Part shown: positions 40,018 through 53,799 of the stretch, piece after piece
Numbering within the stretch: position 1 is the first letter of the stretch
How the letters are laid out: the number at the start of each line of letters is the position of its first letter
Origin: Tubulanus polymorphus
Lineage: Eukaryota > Animalia > Nemertea
Direction of reading: 5' to 3'
Length of the DNA: 64,000 bases
Assembly (NCBI RefSeq): GCF_964204645.1
Contig: NC_134028.1
Location: forward strand, 11,641,263 to 11,705,262
The notes under the pieces: model-generated
Database searches by the model: none
Seen by the model: the letters and a program-made list of their open reading frames with translations, nothing else
Told to the model about the DNA's origin: nothing
Translations under genes and position numbers: made by a program

Positions 40018-40323
40018 ATGAGTGAAAATAAGTTATTAGAAATATTACATCTAATATATAAAAATCAACAGAATATTAAATCAATTATTATGATTTCAGG
40101 TTTATTTTCATTCTCAGTTTATACTATAAAACAGTTGTTAGAATTCTATGATTGCTGTAAAATTAGATACACTGAATTAATAGAAAATATGAATTATATT
40201 TCAGATAGATTAAATAATATTAAATGCTGTGAAATATGCAGGAAAAGATATAAAAATAAAAAGAGTTTGAGTAATCACATGTATATTCATGAACTTGATG
40301 AAAAATTATATGAATCAAAATAA
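40018..40323 (+). CDS. Small viral C2H2 Zn-finger protein
   Basis: CEICRKRYKNKKSLSNHMYIH motif. Confidence 0.55.
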   Translation: MSENKLLEILHLIYKNQQNIKSIIMISGLFSFSVYTIKQLLEFYDCCKIRYTELIENMNYISDRLNNIKCCEICRKRYKNKKSLSNHMYIHELDEKLYESK

Positions 40324-40427
40324 GAAATCGACTGTTAAATTAGCTGAAAATATAAAATATATTAGTTGAAATGTATGAAAATGAGTAAATTATATTTACG
40401 TTAAAAAAGGAGGGTTGAGGTATCAAT

Positions 40428-40502
40428 GTATTAAATACGTATTAAATACGTATCAAATACGTATTAAATACGTATCAAATACGTATTAATGGTATTAAAT
40501 AC
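40428..40502 (+). repeat. 11-bp tandem repeat (GTATTAAATAC)
   Basis: About 6-7 copies with alternating T/C variants. Confidence 0.85.
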
Positions 40503-40811
40503 ATATTATGCTTTATTTCTGAAAATGAAGTAACAGAAGTAATTTATGTTTTAATTCATTCAAGTATGATATTGTAAATTCTTTACATTTGACTGGGATA
40601 ATACAATATTAGTGAGTGATATTAGTTAGTTGGCTTATTCAGTAAGAGAAACAATGAAATAATACAAGAGTGATACTAACAGTAAAAGTTATTGAATTTC
40701 TTGTTAAATCAATTTGAATTCTAGTCAATTCTTGTCAACCAATAGCGTGAATAGAAATCAAAAAGATTTAAATAAAAAAACAATAAGTTACTTTATCTAA
40801 TACTAACTTAT

Positions 40812-41999
40812 CTAACTTATTGTTTTTTTATTTCTGATTCCTTTATTCTTTGTCATGAATAATTGTATTCCATCTTTAGTGTTTTGTAATTTTTTTCCAG
40901 AACCATGTAATGAATTATCCTCTGTTGTTCTAAAATCTAACCATAATGCATATTTATTACCGGTATAATAATCAATTTGATTAATGTTACAATTTTCAGA
41001 TGATTTTACTTTTTCATTCATAAAATGTTTTCTAATTTCTGGCCATTGATCTATCATTCTCATTCCTTGACAAAATATTTTATTTGCTATTCCTTCGATA
41101 GTTATTTCTACTTTTGTTATTTCAGGATTATAATAATTATCAACATTTATTGCGCCATTAGTATATGTTGCAGTGGTAAAAAATATTAATATACCTTTAA
41201 TAGATCTTCTTGGGAAGTTAATATTCTCATTAATAATTTCATCATTTGCATTAATAGTTACGGTTTTAAATTTATCAATATAATCATATAATAATGAAAA
41301 TCCTTGATTGTATTGAGTTTGAATTATACTCGCAATATTTTCATCAGTTACTGTATCATATTCTAAACATATATTCGATAATTTATAACTCATATCTTTA
41401 TTAACGCTAGATATTACAATTTCATTTACAGGAGCAAATGTTATTTCGAATATAACGTCTTCTTGAATTGCGTATTTATATAAAGGTGCATTGTTATTTA
41501 TCAATTCAAAGTCTAATGGAATTTTATATTTGATTCCATATATAATTTTTATCAATTTATCTACAGCATTAGTTAATATTGCGCTATTAGTTTCTGATCT
41601 TAATTTATTTTGGTTTTCTGATTGGATTCCATGAAATATCATATTATTTCTATTTTCTTTAGTTAACCATAAATCTTTATAATGCATAAATAAATTATAA
41701 TCATCTAATGAGAAAACTGTTTCTGGACCAATCTTTATAGTTAATTTTTTAATCAAATATCTTCCATCATTATCAACAACATAATTATTATTATTACCGA
41801 TTACTTTTATATCGGCAGATAAATAAATACTATTTGGAACATAAAAAGTATTTTGTGTTAATCTAGGAATTCTAACATATAAAGTTTCATCGGGATTAAT
41901 ATTAGAAGGGTTATGAGTAATTATATGATGAGATCTTTCTGCTTTAATAGCATTAGATATTCTATGATTCTTAGAAGGATTGATATAACTCCCACTCAT
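40812..41999 (-). CDS. Putative double-jelly-roll major capsid protein, C-terminus probably truncated
   Basis: 395 aa, beta-rich. Motifs ITHNPSNI..ETLYVRIP, ICLEYD, INFPRRSIKGIL, YYNPEITKVEITIEG and LWLDFR..DNSLHGSG recall invertebrate Polinton-like MCPs; the gene context fits. Confidence 0.75.
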   Translation of the reverse strand: MSGSYINPSKNHRISNAIKAERSHHIITHNPSNINPDETLYVRIPRLTQNTFYVPNSIYLSADIKVIGNNNNYVVDNDGRYLIKKLTIKIGPETVFSLDDYNLFMHYKDLWLTKENRNNMIFHGIQSENQNKLRSETNSAILTNAVDKLIKIIYGIKYKIPLDFELINNNAPLYKYAIQEDVIFEITFAPVNEIVISSVNKDMSYKLSNICLEYDTVTDENIASIIQTQYNQGFSLLYDYIDKFKTVTINANDEIINENINFPRRSIKGILIFFTTATYTNGAINVDNYYNPEITKVEITIEGIANKIFCQGMRMIDQWPEIRKHFMNEKVKSSENCNINQIDYYTGNKYALWLDFRTTEDNSLHGSGKKLQNTKDGIQLFMTKNKGIRNKKTIS

Positions 42000-42809
42000 T
42001 TATTTAACTAAAAAATAAATTATTTATTTTTTATCATGTTTACTAATCCAAAAATAATAGCACTTACAATGTAGTTAAAAATAAAATGATATGTTCAGCA
42101 GCAAAGTTAATAATGTTTCCTGCAGATTTCAATATAAAACCAACAATTGATGCAATAATTCCTGGTAAAGCTGCAGCAGATTTTTTAGATAGTTCCCATA
42201 AATATTTTGCTAATTTCTTTAAACCATCTTTAACTTTATCTTGTATAGAATTATTATCATTCGGGGGTTTATCCGGTTTATTGGGAGTAGGAGTAGATTT
42301 CAAAGCATTTGATATAGCTAAACCTATTGTTGTAAATACCATAGTTACTGCTGTTAGAATTGAAAGAATTGTGATTCCTTCAAACTTAAATAATAATTTT
42401 ATTCTATCTTTCAATGATATTTCAGAATTTGGTTTAATTATTAAATCTTTAACAACAACTTTTAATCTATTAATACAATAATCATATGATTTTTTAATAA
42501 TTCAATTTCTTCTTTCTGAAATTCTATGTTATATTCTAAATCATCAATTTCTTTTTCTAAATATGCAGTTCTTTTTTTAAATTCAATTTCTTCAATAACT
42601 TTATTATCTCTATCTAATTTTAGTTGTTCTGATTCTTTTCTTGATTTAAATAATTCATCTTCTAAAGTTCTAATTTTTAAAGCTCTTATACTTTTATCAT
42701 GCGCAATTTTATCAGCTTCATTTCTTATACTAATAATTTCTCTTATTGCTTTATCAGAAAGTATATTATTTAAATCTTCTAATTGTTGATCTGTTGCATC
42801 AAGTAATCC

Positions 42810-43601
42810 TGTGGAGACCACGAATTGGTATTGTATTATACCTATAGAATACCTATAGACCTACGTATTATAATCCAAGTCTTTACAGCACTTCGATGAC
42901 CGCATTGTACTTGTCACGTGATTTCAGTAACAACGGAAGCTTTTTCCCTTGCCTCGTTCATTTTACGTGCAAGTCGCGGTAGGAGCTGCTTGGTAAATTT
43001 TGTTATCCCGGAATCATAACGTGTCGTAAGTTTTACCTTTAATTTATTATTATTCTGTGGTCTTCACATTCCGTTAATACGTATTTCCAGTAAGATTTAC
43101 AGCTAATTTCAGTTGTTGAATATCATAAGTTATTGAATATTTTCGTCATTTTTGCCGGGTTAAGTAATATACTTTTGCCGGCTAATTCCGTCGTATTTGT
43201 CTGCGTTCTGGATTAAATACGTTTCCAGCGGTGTGTACAAATCGTTCGTTCATACTAAACATTTTCAATTGAATGTCCATATTCTGGCCAGTGATATGTC
43301 ACTCGGTCGTTATTTAGTCATATTTATCAGCTAGCCTACCACTGATATCGGTTTCGGAGAACTTCCATTTCCGGTTAAGTTTTTTCGTAGGCCATTTCGG
43401 AGCATTTTAGCTCCAACTTATTACTGTATTTGGTATTTACAGAAACCGTGAAGTGAATTATTGCGAATATTGTCGTCTGGTCGTCTCCAGTCGTGGAGAA
43501 CTGAATCGAACTCCGCAATAAAAGTGTATTGAAACTGAAATAAACATATTTGTACCAAGAAAGAACTTGTCACTCGCGTCATCGGGATATCAGCCGTTAC
43601 A
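42810..43601 (+). repeat. 5' LTR (792 bp)
   Basis: TGTGGAGACC...GCCGTTACA, with AATAAA near the end. Confidence 0.96.
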
Positions 43602-46600
43602 GTTTGACACGAGATCCCACGATTGACACGTATCATCGAAGATCACGCGTTCGACACTATGACATCACCGGTCGATACCAGCTCTCCTACCAGCATTACC
43701 GGACTCAAAAACAGTCGTCGCGGCTATAAGGCCAGCGTAACCAGAAAGCGGTACGAACTTAAGACTTTACTCAAAGAGGAGACCGTCGACTCCGAAAGAA
43801 TCGAACTTTATAGGGAAGAATTAGTCGTCGCATGGGAAAGATATATTAGCAGCCATAAAAAACTGATGTCATCTCTGACCGAACAAACCGAGATCGACGA
43901 CGAGGATGCCTGTTTTCTAGAAGAAAATGAAATACACGAAGATTTTCTGAAGAACATCGATCACATTATTACTATACCGCAACCTGCACTAGAATCGCCT
44001 AGTGAAACTACCGTCCAACGTTTAACAAATCTCGTCAGTCTACAACAGCGCCAAACGCAGAACCAGATGCAAGCAATCGAACGAATGATGTTTCAGCAGT
44101 CAATCGCGGCGAATTCCCTTATGTTACCGAACCCTGACGTACCATTGTTTAGCGGCGACCCAATGGAGTACTATTATTTCATCCGAGCCTTTGAAAGTCT
44201 CATCGAATCGAGGGTCACTGATAGTAGAACGCGTTTATACTATCTCAACCAATACACCAAAGGCGAAGTTAACGAGCTAGTGAGACGCTTCATGTTCAGC
44301 ACATCGGAAGACGCGTACGCCAACGCCAAGGATACCCTGAGGAAACGGTATGGTCAGCCATATAAAATTGCAGCGGCATACGTCAACCAAATCACCACTG
44401 GAGCTCAATTGAAGAGCGAAGATCGAAATGGGTTACGGAAGTACTCAGTCCAACTGTCTATCTGCCACAATGCACTTCAGGATGTCGGATTTCTGTCGAA
44501 AATAGAAAATCCGGACTGTTTAAGAAGGGTAGTAGGCAGACTGCCTTATGACTTAAGGAAACGATGGCGAACTAGGGCTGACGTTATCAACGAAATGCAA
44601 GAAAGAGAGATCACGTTCAAAGACATATCGGATTTCGTCGAAAAAGAGGCTAGAGTAGCACAAAATCATATTTTCGGCGACCTCAACCCGTTCGAGAAGA
44701 AAGATTCGAGGGAATCACATCATGGAAAAAGAAACTTTGGTTTAAAAACCCAAACGTACAGTTCGAATACTCAGACGAATACAAGAGACGGCAGACCATT
44801 AAGATGCTTTAACTGCGAAGGACCACATCGTATAGACGAATGCAGTCATTTTAAGGCGATGAACTATGAAGAGAAAGTGAAGATGATTAAAGACAAGGGA
44901 CTTTGCTTTAATTGTTTAATTCCACGTCATACAGCTAGAGAATGTAATAGCAAACAAAGATGCAGTGTATGCAGGTTTAAACATCACAGCTTGGTACACA
45001 AAGGGACGGATAATTCTAGTTACGACGCGACTGAAGTAAAGGCAGAAATAGTTGGTAGTACTCAAATTACTCTTAACCAAGGATCCAAGAACGGAGCCGT
45101 GAAGTCAGACGGCAAGGTTGGGTTGCCAATAATCCCAGTCAAGGTGAAATATCATGGTGAAGATCGGTACGAAACTGTCAATGCGTTACTAGACACGGGT
45201 TCAACTGCAACGTTCTGCACGGAGAGTTTGATGAGTGAAATTGGGGTTACTGGTTCAAACGCTGAAATCCATCTCACTACCATGGGAAGTGCACAAATGG
45301 TTCCAAGTAGAAAGTTATTGAAATTGAAAATATCGGATATCGACGAGGATATTCATCTCGATTTGAAGATGGTCTTCTCTACGAGCCAAATTCCTGCTAG
45401 TAAAGCCGATGCTTCAACGCAAGAAGATATCACAAAATGGAGCCATCTTAATCGGGTAAAGATCCACGAAATAAAGAACCGCGACGTCGACTTATTGATC
45501 GGAAACGACAACCACAGAGCATTAGAACCAATTGAAGTTATTCCAAGCAAGAACAGTGGCCCATACGCTGTCCGCACTCTATTTGGATGGGTGACAAATG
45601 GTCCATTGGGAAGAGTTGTTGGTCGTAAAGTGAAGTCGTTTTCCATCAAAGGCCTAAGCCTAACGGATCAGCAGTCAACTAATAGTCTAACCGAGATGTT
45701 CGAGAGCTTCTGTAACAGAGAATTCCAGAATGATGGCAACAATGAAGAAGCTATGTCACAAAAGGGCACTCAAAATTATGGAAGACACAGTTCATCTCGT
45801 CGATGGTCATTACGAGTTGGCTCTTCCATTCAAGACACTTCCTCCTCAGTTGCCGAATAATCGTTGGTTAGCAGAAAAAAAGGCTATCCTTGTTGAAACG
45901 AAGATTAATAAGCAACTCAGAGCTAAAAGTTGGTTATCATAAGTTCATACAAGACTTGTTCGTAAAAGACTTCGCTGAATTGGTTCCAGAAGATGAACTT
46001 AACTCTACAGAAATAGAGTGGTACCTACCTCATCACCCGGTCTACCATCCTCAGAAGAAGAAACTACGGGTGGTATTCGATTGTTCAGCCAGTTTCGCGG
46101 GAATTTCACTGAACAACCAGCTGTATTCCGGGCCAGACCAAACTAACGCACTGATTGGTGTACTATTAAGATTTCGTCAGGAAACGTTCGCTATTGTTGG
46201 CGACGTGGAAGCTATGTTCCACCAGGTTAAAGTCGTGAAAGAACATAGAGATGCACTACGGTTCCTATGGTGGGCGGACGAAGACATGGTAAATACCAGC
46301 GTATATCGCATGAAGGTGCATCTATTTGGGGCTACGTCCTCTCCCAGCGTATGTAACTTTGCATTAAGAAGAACAGCGATTGATAACCAAGATAACTTCA
46401 GTAAGATGGCAACCGAAACCGTAATGAAGAACTTTTACGTCGACGATCTTCTTAAATCCGTCGAATTAGAGAGTATCGGATCAAGCTTGATCAAAGAAGT
46501 TGTTAATCTTCTAATGCTTGGCGGATTCCGACTGACCAAAATAGCTTCAAATTCAAGGGCTATAATTGAAGAAATACTAGAAGAGGAGAGAGCACCCGCG

Positions 46601-46756
46601 ATGAAAAACCTCTGCCTTGAATCTCTACCAGTAGACCGCGCCCTCGGAGTACAGTGGAATATGAACAATGATTGTCTTGGATTTCGAACAACGCCTGGCG
46701 GTCAAACTCGGACGAGACGCGGTGTACTCTCCGTTATGAGTGCAATATACGACCCC

Positions 46757-48415
46757 GCGAATTTTTTTTTCACACCAGGTCGGTGCTTTGTTGCGCATGC
46801 GTAACTCCGATTTATTTCCGGTCTACATGTTCATGAATGATGATTCAGTTCAACAGAGCAGTCGTGCAAATGTGACGATTAATCTCGAATGCTCTCCGGT
46901 CTAAATGGCCTAATAAGAGTAAGAGTCGTACGTAGTCGTACGTAGTAGAGACAGAGTAACCAAAAATGCTGCAAATTTATGTAAGAATAATCAACCTAAT
47001 GAATAATTAGGCGCAAAGAAAGATGTAGGCCTATTTATGTTAACACACATATTGTCATAAGTTCAATTCAATTCAACTTATAATAGTTCATGTATATTTA
47101 TTAATTGATGAGACCTGTTAGAAGGATTGCTAAAAAGTCTCCTTTAATTCAGTTGAATAGGAGAGAAATCCTCCATTATGTGAAATTTCTTGGATTTGAA
47201 CATTGTTACCATGTCTACGCCACCCTGATTTAGTTGTTGAGACCCCACAAGAAAAATAACTTCATTTCGTAGGCGTGGTGACAATGTAAAAATTCAAGAA
47301 TTCATAACTGCTGTAATATCAAAATATATAAAATAGTTTCTTATGTATTAGTATATTATGTAAAGATTTCAATATAATAATTTGTCTCTCTTCATGACAA
47401 TCTGAGGCTGTCATACTGCTGATCCCTACCAGTATTTGTAAATAAATAATTAATTTTGTATTACATTTTCATTAATATGTATTTTCTTTGACAAATTGTG
47501 TGGTAGCCCAGGATTGGGCTTGTTTGTTTAGCAAATAAATGTTTGATTTGTGATAAATATGTTGTTATTGTTGATTATAAATGCCTGCAGCTGCATTGGC
47601 CATCGCATAAATCCTCCTATTCCTCTCTTTGATGATTTTAATGCAGTGGTCAACGTATTTTGTGGAGTGGTGAAGTCTGGTGGCAGCAGAGAACATAGGC
47701 GTCGCCAGGAGGGGGGGGGGTTCGGGGGTGCGAACGAAACCCCTTTTTTTTGGCTAGGTTTCTTCATTTTTTTACCATATAAAAACTCGTGTTTTTTCCA
47801 CAAGGTAATCAGTCAAGGTGGCGGGAAAACGCTTTAAATCGCTCCTCATTTTCAAAATTTTCTAGGGGGAGAACCCCCAAACCCGTCGTAGGGGACTTCG
47901 GTCCTCGTCAAAGGGGCCTTACTAGGTTCGTCAATTGGCGATATTCGAACCCCCTAAAAAAATCCTGGCGACGCCTATGGATAGGCCTGTATTTATTTTT
48001 GGCCCTTCAGAAGGAGCTAAAGGACGTAGACTTCATTCCCTGCAGAGGCTAAGAGGATATTCCCCCATGTAATTTTTTATTTACAAGGAGGACACAAAAA
48101 GTCTAGACTTGGGGCTTTTTGGATCTGGCATAATTAAGGACAGCGTCTTCTACCGGCGCGGTGTCTACATCAGCCTGAATTATAATTAATAAAATTGAGC
48201 ACATAATTCCGCAATTTTATTAACACAATAATTAAGGATTATATTCTAGACTCCTATTTCGTTTTGTTACTTAGTGCGTTATTCAACTTATTCCTGTTTT
48301 ATAAGGAACACGTGTTTTATGTATACCGGTGGTTATTGTGTTTACATGTTGAGATCACGTGATAGCATGTCACGTAGAAACAAAATGGCGGACCTGGTGT
48401 GAAAAAAAAATTCGC
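46757..48415. mobile_element. Non-autonomous Mutator(MULE)-like element in BEL pol
   Basis: TIRs GCGAATTTTTTTTTCACACCAGGTC and GACCTGGTGTGAAAAAAAAATTCGC, with a perfect 9-bp TSD TACGACCCC (46748-46756 and 48416-48424). Confidence 0.88.
47694..47979. mobile_element. MITE nested in the MULE-like element
   Basis: TIRs CATAGGCGTCGCCAGGA and TCCTGGCGACGCCTATG. No TSD is visible. Confidence 0.75.
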
Positions 48416-51008
48416 TACGACCCCTTGGGATTGGCAGCGCCAGTAACATTGACTATTAAAGTCCTTATGCAAGTGATGATTCGACGTAAGCTAGGTTGGG
48501 ATGATATACTTCCCGAAGATTTGATGAAAATCTGGAAGAAATGGTGCACTGATTTGCCGAAATTGAGCCAATATGAAATCAAACGATGCATCAAACCACG
48601 GAATTCCAGAATTATAAGTAGAGAACTTCACCACTTCACCGACGCTTCAGAGAATGGTTATGGCTGTGTATCTTATCTTCGTCAAGAAGACGAAAGTGGT
48701 AAGATACATACGTCTCTGATGATGGGAAAATCTCGAGTAGCACCCTTAAAGCCAGTCACAATTCCTCGAATGGAACTTTCAGCAGCAACATTGTCCGTAA
48801 GAAATGATATGATCCTAAGAAGAGAACTAGAAATCGACATCAAGCCATCCTATTACTGGACAGACAGCATGGCCGTGATAAAATACCTTCAAAACGAAGA
48901 TAAGAGATTCAAAGTTTTCGTGGCCAATAGAATCGCACTAATTCGATCCGTCTCTACTCCAACTCAGTGGAATTTTATTGACGGGAAGTCTAATGTCGCA
49001 GATTGTGCATCAAGAGGACAAGATGTTGATACGTTCTCGAAAAATGAAGAATGGAAAAATGGCCCTGAATTTCTACGAAGGCCGAAGTCTGAATGGCCTA
49101 AACAGCCGGGGAATGATTTATTGCAGTTGAAAAATGATGATAATCTCGAAGTGAAACAAGAGAAGATTCTTGTAAACTCTATAAATGAAGGAAACAGGAA
49201 CTTTTTACATGACTTATTCCAGATGTTTTCATCGTGGTTCAAGCTGAAAAAGACAATTGCTTGGCTACTTCGTTACAAGAAAAAATTGATGCTCGCTGTA
49301 TCCAATCGTCATAAGAAAGAAGTTAAGTATGATAACCTCATCGAAATTCGGCCAATTACTGTTGACGAGCTAAGAGCGAGTGAACGTTTAATACTTAAAG
49401 TTACGCAGAATGTCCATTTTCCTGAAGAATATTCAACTATACTAGGAACGAAAAGTCTGACGTCCGATAGAAACCAATTGAAGTCTATTCGCCGAAGCGT
49501 GAAGAAATCAAGTCCTATTAGAAAGCTGGACCCAATCAAAGTCGATGGTTTATTGAGAATCGGAGGCCGATTACAGAGCGCACCTATTTCAGAGTCAGAG
49601 AAGCATCCGATAATTCTACCAACGCTATGTCACGTTACAGAGCTTATAATTCGTCATTACCACATCGGTACAGCTCACGAAGGTAGACAATACACGCTTG
49701 CTACAATAAGAAAAAGATTCTGGGTAGTCAAGGGCGACTCTACAGTTCGAAAGATAATCTCCGGATGTGTACCTTGTAGGAAAGTCAAAGGGAAACCAGT
49801 TCAGCAGAAAATGGCACCATTACCAGCCGACCGTATCACACCAGCGCCACCATTTACCAACGTCGGTTTAGACTTCTTCGGACCGTTCGAAATTAAGAGG
49901 GGTCGAGCTGTCGTCAAGCGATATGGTTGTATTTTCACATGTCTGGTCGTCCGAGCAATTCATATAGAAGTCTGTGATAATCTGTCAACTGACTCCTTCA
50001 TCAACGCATTACGGAGATTCATGTCGCGTCGCGGATATCCGGATAAAATAAGATGCGATAACGGTACCAACTTTATAGGTGGATCGAAAGAATTAAAACG
50101 AGAATTTGAAGCTTGGAATCAGAAGAAAATCCACGAGACTCTACTCCAGAAAGATGTAGAATGGTTGTTCAACCCTCCGAGCGCTTTGCACTGGGGAGGA
50201 GTCTGGGAGCGCTGTATCAGAACGATACGAAAATCGCTCAGTTTTGTGATGAAATTGCAGCTAGTTAATGAAGAGGAATTTAGAACGTTGATATGCGAAG
50301 TCGAGTCGATTGTTAACGGCCGACCTATAACTCCGGTAACCAGCGACCCTGACGATTTGGAACCGTTGACACCAAACCATTTACTGCTGCTGCGTGGCGG
50401 ATCCAAACTTCCACCCAGAGAATTCGCATCAGTTGATCAATATTCGAGAAGAAGATGGCGCCATGTACAATACCTTGCGGACCAATTCGGTTGGCGATGG
50501 CAACGAGAGTACATCCCTTTACTTCAAGAAAGACAGAAGAATCAAGACGTCGTTGGTAACATTAAGAAAGGAGACATCGTATTGGTTGCTGACGAAAAAA
50601 CTCACCGCTCCGAATGGCCCCTAGGACGTATCGTCGATGTCCACACTGGTCGTGACGACTTAGTTCGATCCGTTCGTATCAAGACTGCAAGGAACGTACT
50701 TGTCAGACCGATCGTCAAATGTATCCTTCTAGAAAGTACATTAAACTAAATCCCATCGTTATTACGGCGATTAGAATTAAATGGTTAATCCGTGAATTCA
50801 TCTATGAACAATTAAATATCGAGAAACAGTTAATTAAGTGACTCAGATCGATAATTAATTACTATTTGCGAGTTCGATATCGCTTAGATTTAATGTTAAA
50901 CTAATAACTTCGATATTCAAGTCTTTAATTATTGATGAGCAGATTTGGGTTGATTTGATTTATTTTGTAATCAGTTAAACGCCCAAAGTTCGTTTAAAGG
51001 GGTCGGGA

Positions 51009-51796
51009 TGTGGAGACCACGAATTGGTATTGTATTATACCTATAGAATACCTATAGACCTACGTATTATAATCCAAGTCTTTACAGCACTTCGATGACC
51101 GCATTGTACTTGTCACGTGATTTCAGTAACAACGGAAGCTTTTTCCCTTGCCTCGTTCATTTTACGTGCAAGTCGCGGTAGGAGCTGCTTGGTAAATTTT
51201 GTTATCCCGGAATCATAACGTGTCGTAAGTTTTACCTTTAATTTATTATTATTCCGTGGTCTTCACATTCCGTTAATACGTATTTCCAGTAAGATTTACA
51301 GCTAATTTCAGTTGTTGAATATCATTAGTTATTGAATATTTTCGTCATTTTTGCTGGGTTAAGTAATATACTTTTGCCGGCTAATTCCGTCGTATTTGTC
51401 TGCGTTCTGGATTAAATACGTTTCCAGCGGTGTGTACTAATCGTTCGTACTAAACATTTTCAATTGAATGTCCATATTCTGGCCAGTGATATGTCACTCG
51501 GTCGTTATTTAGTCATATTTATCAGCTAGCCTACCACTGATATCGGTTTCGGAGAACTTCCATTTCCGGTTAAGTTTTTTCGTAGGCCATTTCGGAGCAT
51601 TTTAGCTCCAACTTATTACTGTATTTGGTATTTACAGAAACCGTGAAGTGAATTATTGCGAATATTGTCGTCTGGTCGTCTCCAGTCAAGGAGAACTGAA
51701 TCGAACTCCGCAATAAAAGTGTATTGAAACTGAAATAAACATATTTGTACCAAGAAAGAACTTGTCACTCGCGTCATCGGGATATCAGCCGTTACA
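51009..51796 (+). repeat. 3' LTR (788 bp)
   Basis: Differs from the 5' LTR by about six substitutions and a 4-bp indel, counted by eye. Confidence 0.96.
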
Positions 51797-52480
51797 AATC
51801 CATTCGTTAAAAGTTTTTCAATTGGAACTCCTTTTGAATTAGGTTTACTAGTTTTGGAAGTTATATTCTGTTCAGAAGTTGTTTCTGTTTCTAAATTATT
51901 ATCGATTGTTTCAAATAATTCATTAATTCTTTGTTTAAATACTCTTTCATTTTTAATAATTTCTTCTTGTGTTACATCTTCTATTTCATTACTATTTCTT
52001 ATTCTTTTAATTCTAGATAGGTCTAACTTAAGCAAAGTTGATTCTGCTGATATTTTGTTTTGTTTTTTATAAGAGATATCAATATAATAATCATCTTTCA
52101 AATGATAATAATATTCACCATCTAAAGATTTTAATTCTTGTACTAAAAGTCTGGCGCCTCTGGCATTTATATTATATCCAGATTTTTCAAATATAGGTTT
52201 GAAATTATAAATATATTCATTATATTCTAAATTTTGTTTTACTAAATCTGGATTTTCATTTTTAAGGATTTATTCTCGATCTAGTTCTTCTATCAAATTC
52301 ATCTGTTGATTGGCCTTTAGAACCACTATCTGCTAAATTAGAATTATATGCTGATTCATTACCATCATCAATATTAGTTTCTGCATCATTATAATCATCA
52401 TCAATATATCCTTCATTATTATTTCCCATGCCTTCCATTTCATAATCTTCTCCACCTTCTGCCATTTACATAATAAAAAA

Positions 52481-53780
52481 TCAAAATTTAAAATATAATA
52501 TTCCTCCTATTACAATTCCTATACAAGTTAAAGCTAATTTAGTATTTTCATGGGATTTATTATCATCATTTAGTTTAATTATATCATGTTGAATATTATC
52601 AGTTTTTATATTTTCTGATGTATTGTAATCTTTTATTTTAGAATCGTTATTTAATTTAATATTCTTAGTTTTAGTTTCTGTTGATTGAATACGTTTTTTT
52701 ATTTTTTTCACCTTCCATTAATTTTGGAGCAGTAATTATCTTTTTATTTATATCATTCAATCCAAATGAATTATTTATTGTTGCAGTTTTAATTAGATTA
52801 TTATAACCAATTATGTTTCCCATCTTTAATACTAAATCATTAGAAATGATTAATAGATTAGGGCCTATACAATAATTTAATCTAATATGTGATTTATCTA
52901 AATAATTTTGATATCTTACAATGTTTTCCGGAATCGATCTATTTTTATCATTATGAATTGAATCTTCAAATAATACTTTAAATTGTTTCTGCGCATCGAA
53001 TGAAGTTTTATCATTTCCAATTATTGGGGATCTTGTTTCAACTTGCGCACCTAGAATACATATCAAATAAGTTCTAATAGATTGATTTATTCTTTGTATA
53101 CCTGATTTTGTAAAACCTTCACCATTTTCTAAAATGAAATTAACCCAACCATTATTATCAATTTTATAATTATGATAAGCTGAAATTCTATGCATATAAT
53201 CAATTCTTTTTATTTCAAACTCTTCACCAACACCTTGCAATTTACCATGCGCTCTAAAATCGAAATTAATATTTATATTAAATTCATTACATATTTTATA
53301 AAACTTAGATAGATTAATATTATTATCCAATTCTTTAAAATATTTAGACCCGGGTAAAGGACATTCTAATTAATTTAATATTATTCTGACTTGAAAATAT
53401 GTGTGAAATCTAAATATTGTGTGAATTAATTTTAAATCAGAATACTTCAAATTTTATCTAAGTTATTTAAATGATCATTCCAACTTATTCCACATCCTGT
53501 TGTTGCACAATAAACAGCAAAATCTAATTGGTTCTGCCAATATTTCATATTAGATTTTACTTTATATATATGGTATTCATCTCGAGTAAAAGTAACTTCA
53601 TATGTATTAAATATATTTTCCATTTTAGAAATAAAAAAACTGTTATTCAGTAACATAAATTTCCAAATTAGTTAATGAATTTAAAATTACATTTCTATAT
53701 GTAATATTTTTCTTAAAATCTATTGCAGGAATATTATATTTAATTGATTTATTATATTGAAAAGCTTTTGGAAACCCCAT
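52481..53780 (-). pseudogene. Conserved Polinton-like virus protein (frameshifted) with a C-terminal TM anchor
   Basis: TATAAATG start at 53780 (MGFPKAF). Fragments YWQNQLDFAVYCATTGCGIS and RINQSIRTYLICILGAQ; ends LALTCIGIVIGGILYFKF. Confidence 0.65.
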
Positions 53781-53799
53781 TTATATAATTAAAAAATAA

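Larger units (their letters stand above)
43659..50749 (+). pseudogene. BEL/Pao gag-pol (Gag, Zn knuckles, protease, RT, RNase H, integrase); two frameshifts and one insertion
   Basis: FSGDP..Y gag, three Cys/His knuckles, LLDTGS protease, YLPHHPV/RVVFD/FYVDD RT, HHFTDAS RNase H, GLDFFGP/CDNGTNF/GGVWER integrase. Frameshifts near 45765 and 45885. Confidence 0.93.
42810..51796 (+). mobile_element. BEL/Pao LTR retrotransposon, full length
   Basis: Paired TG...CA LTRs, 5-bp TSD AATCC (42805-42809 and 51797-51801), a purine tract before the 3' LTR, and gag-pol. Confidence 0.97.
42064..52465 (-). pseudogene. Long viral coiled-coil protein with amphipathic/TM C-terminus, split by the BEL insertion and frameshifts
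   Basis: Starts MAEGGEDYEM (52465), runs to the TSD at 51797, and resumes at 42804. Ends EGITILSILTAV...AAALPGIIASIVGFIL. Confidence 0.7.

Noticed and set aside
43602-43625. Novel priming mechanism for the BEL element (no TGG after the 5' LTR)
   Set aside because: GTTTGACACG could be a single mutation from TGG, and one copy is not enough evidence.
48359-48415. N-terminus of the 796-aa pol ORF (MIACHVETKW...)
   Set aside because: It derives from the MULE-like TIR; genuine pol resumes at YDPLG (48416).
51616-52101. 161-aa ORF as a real gene
   Set aside because: It is a chimera of the interrupted viral ORF and the antisense 3' LTR.
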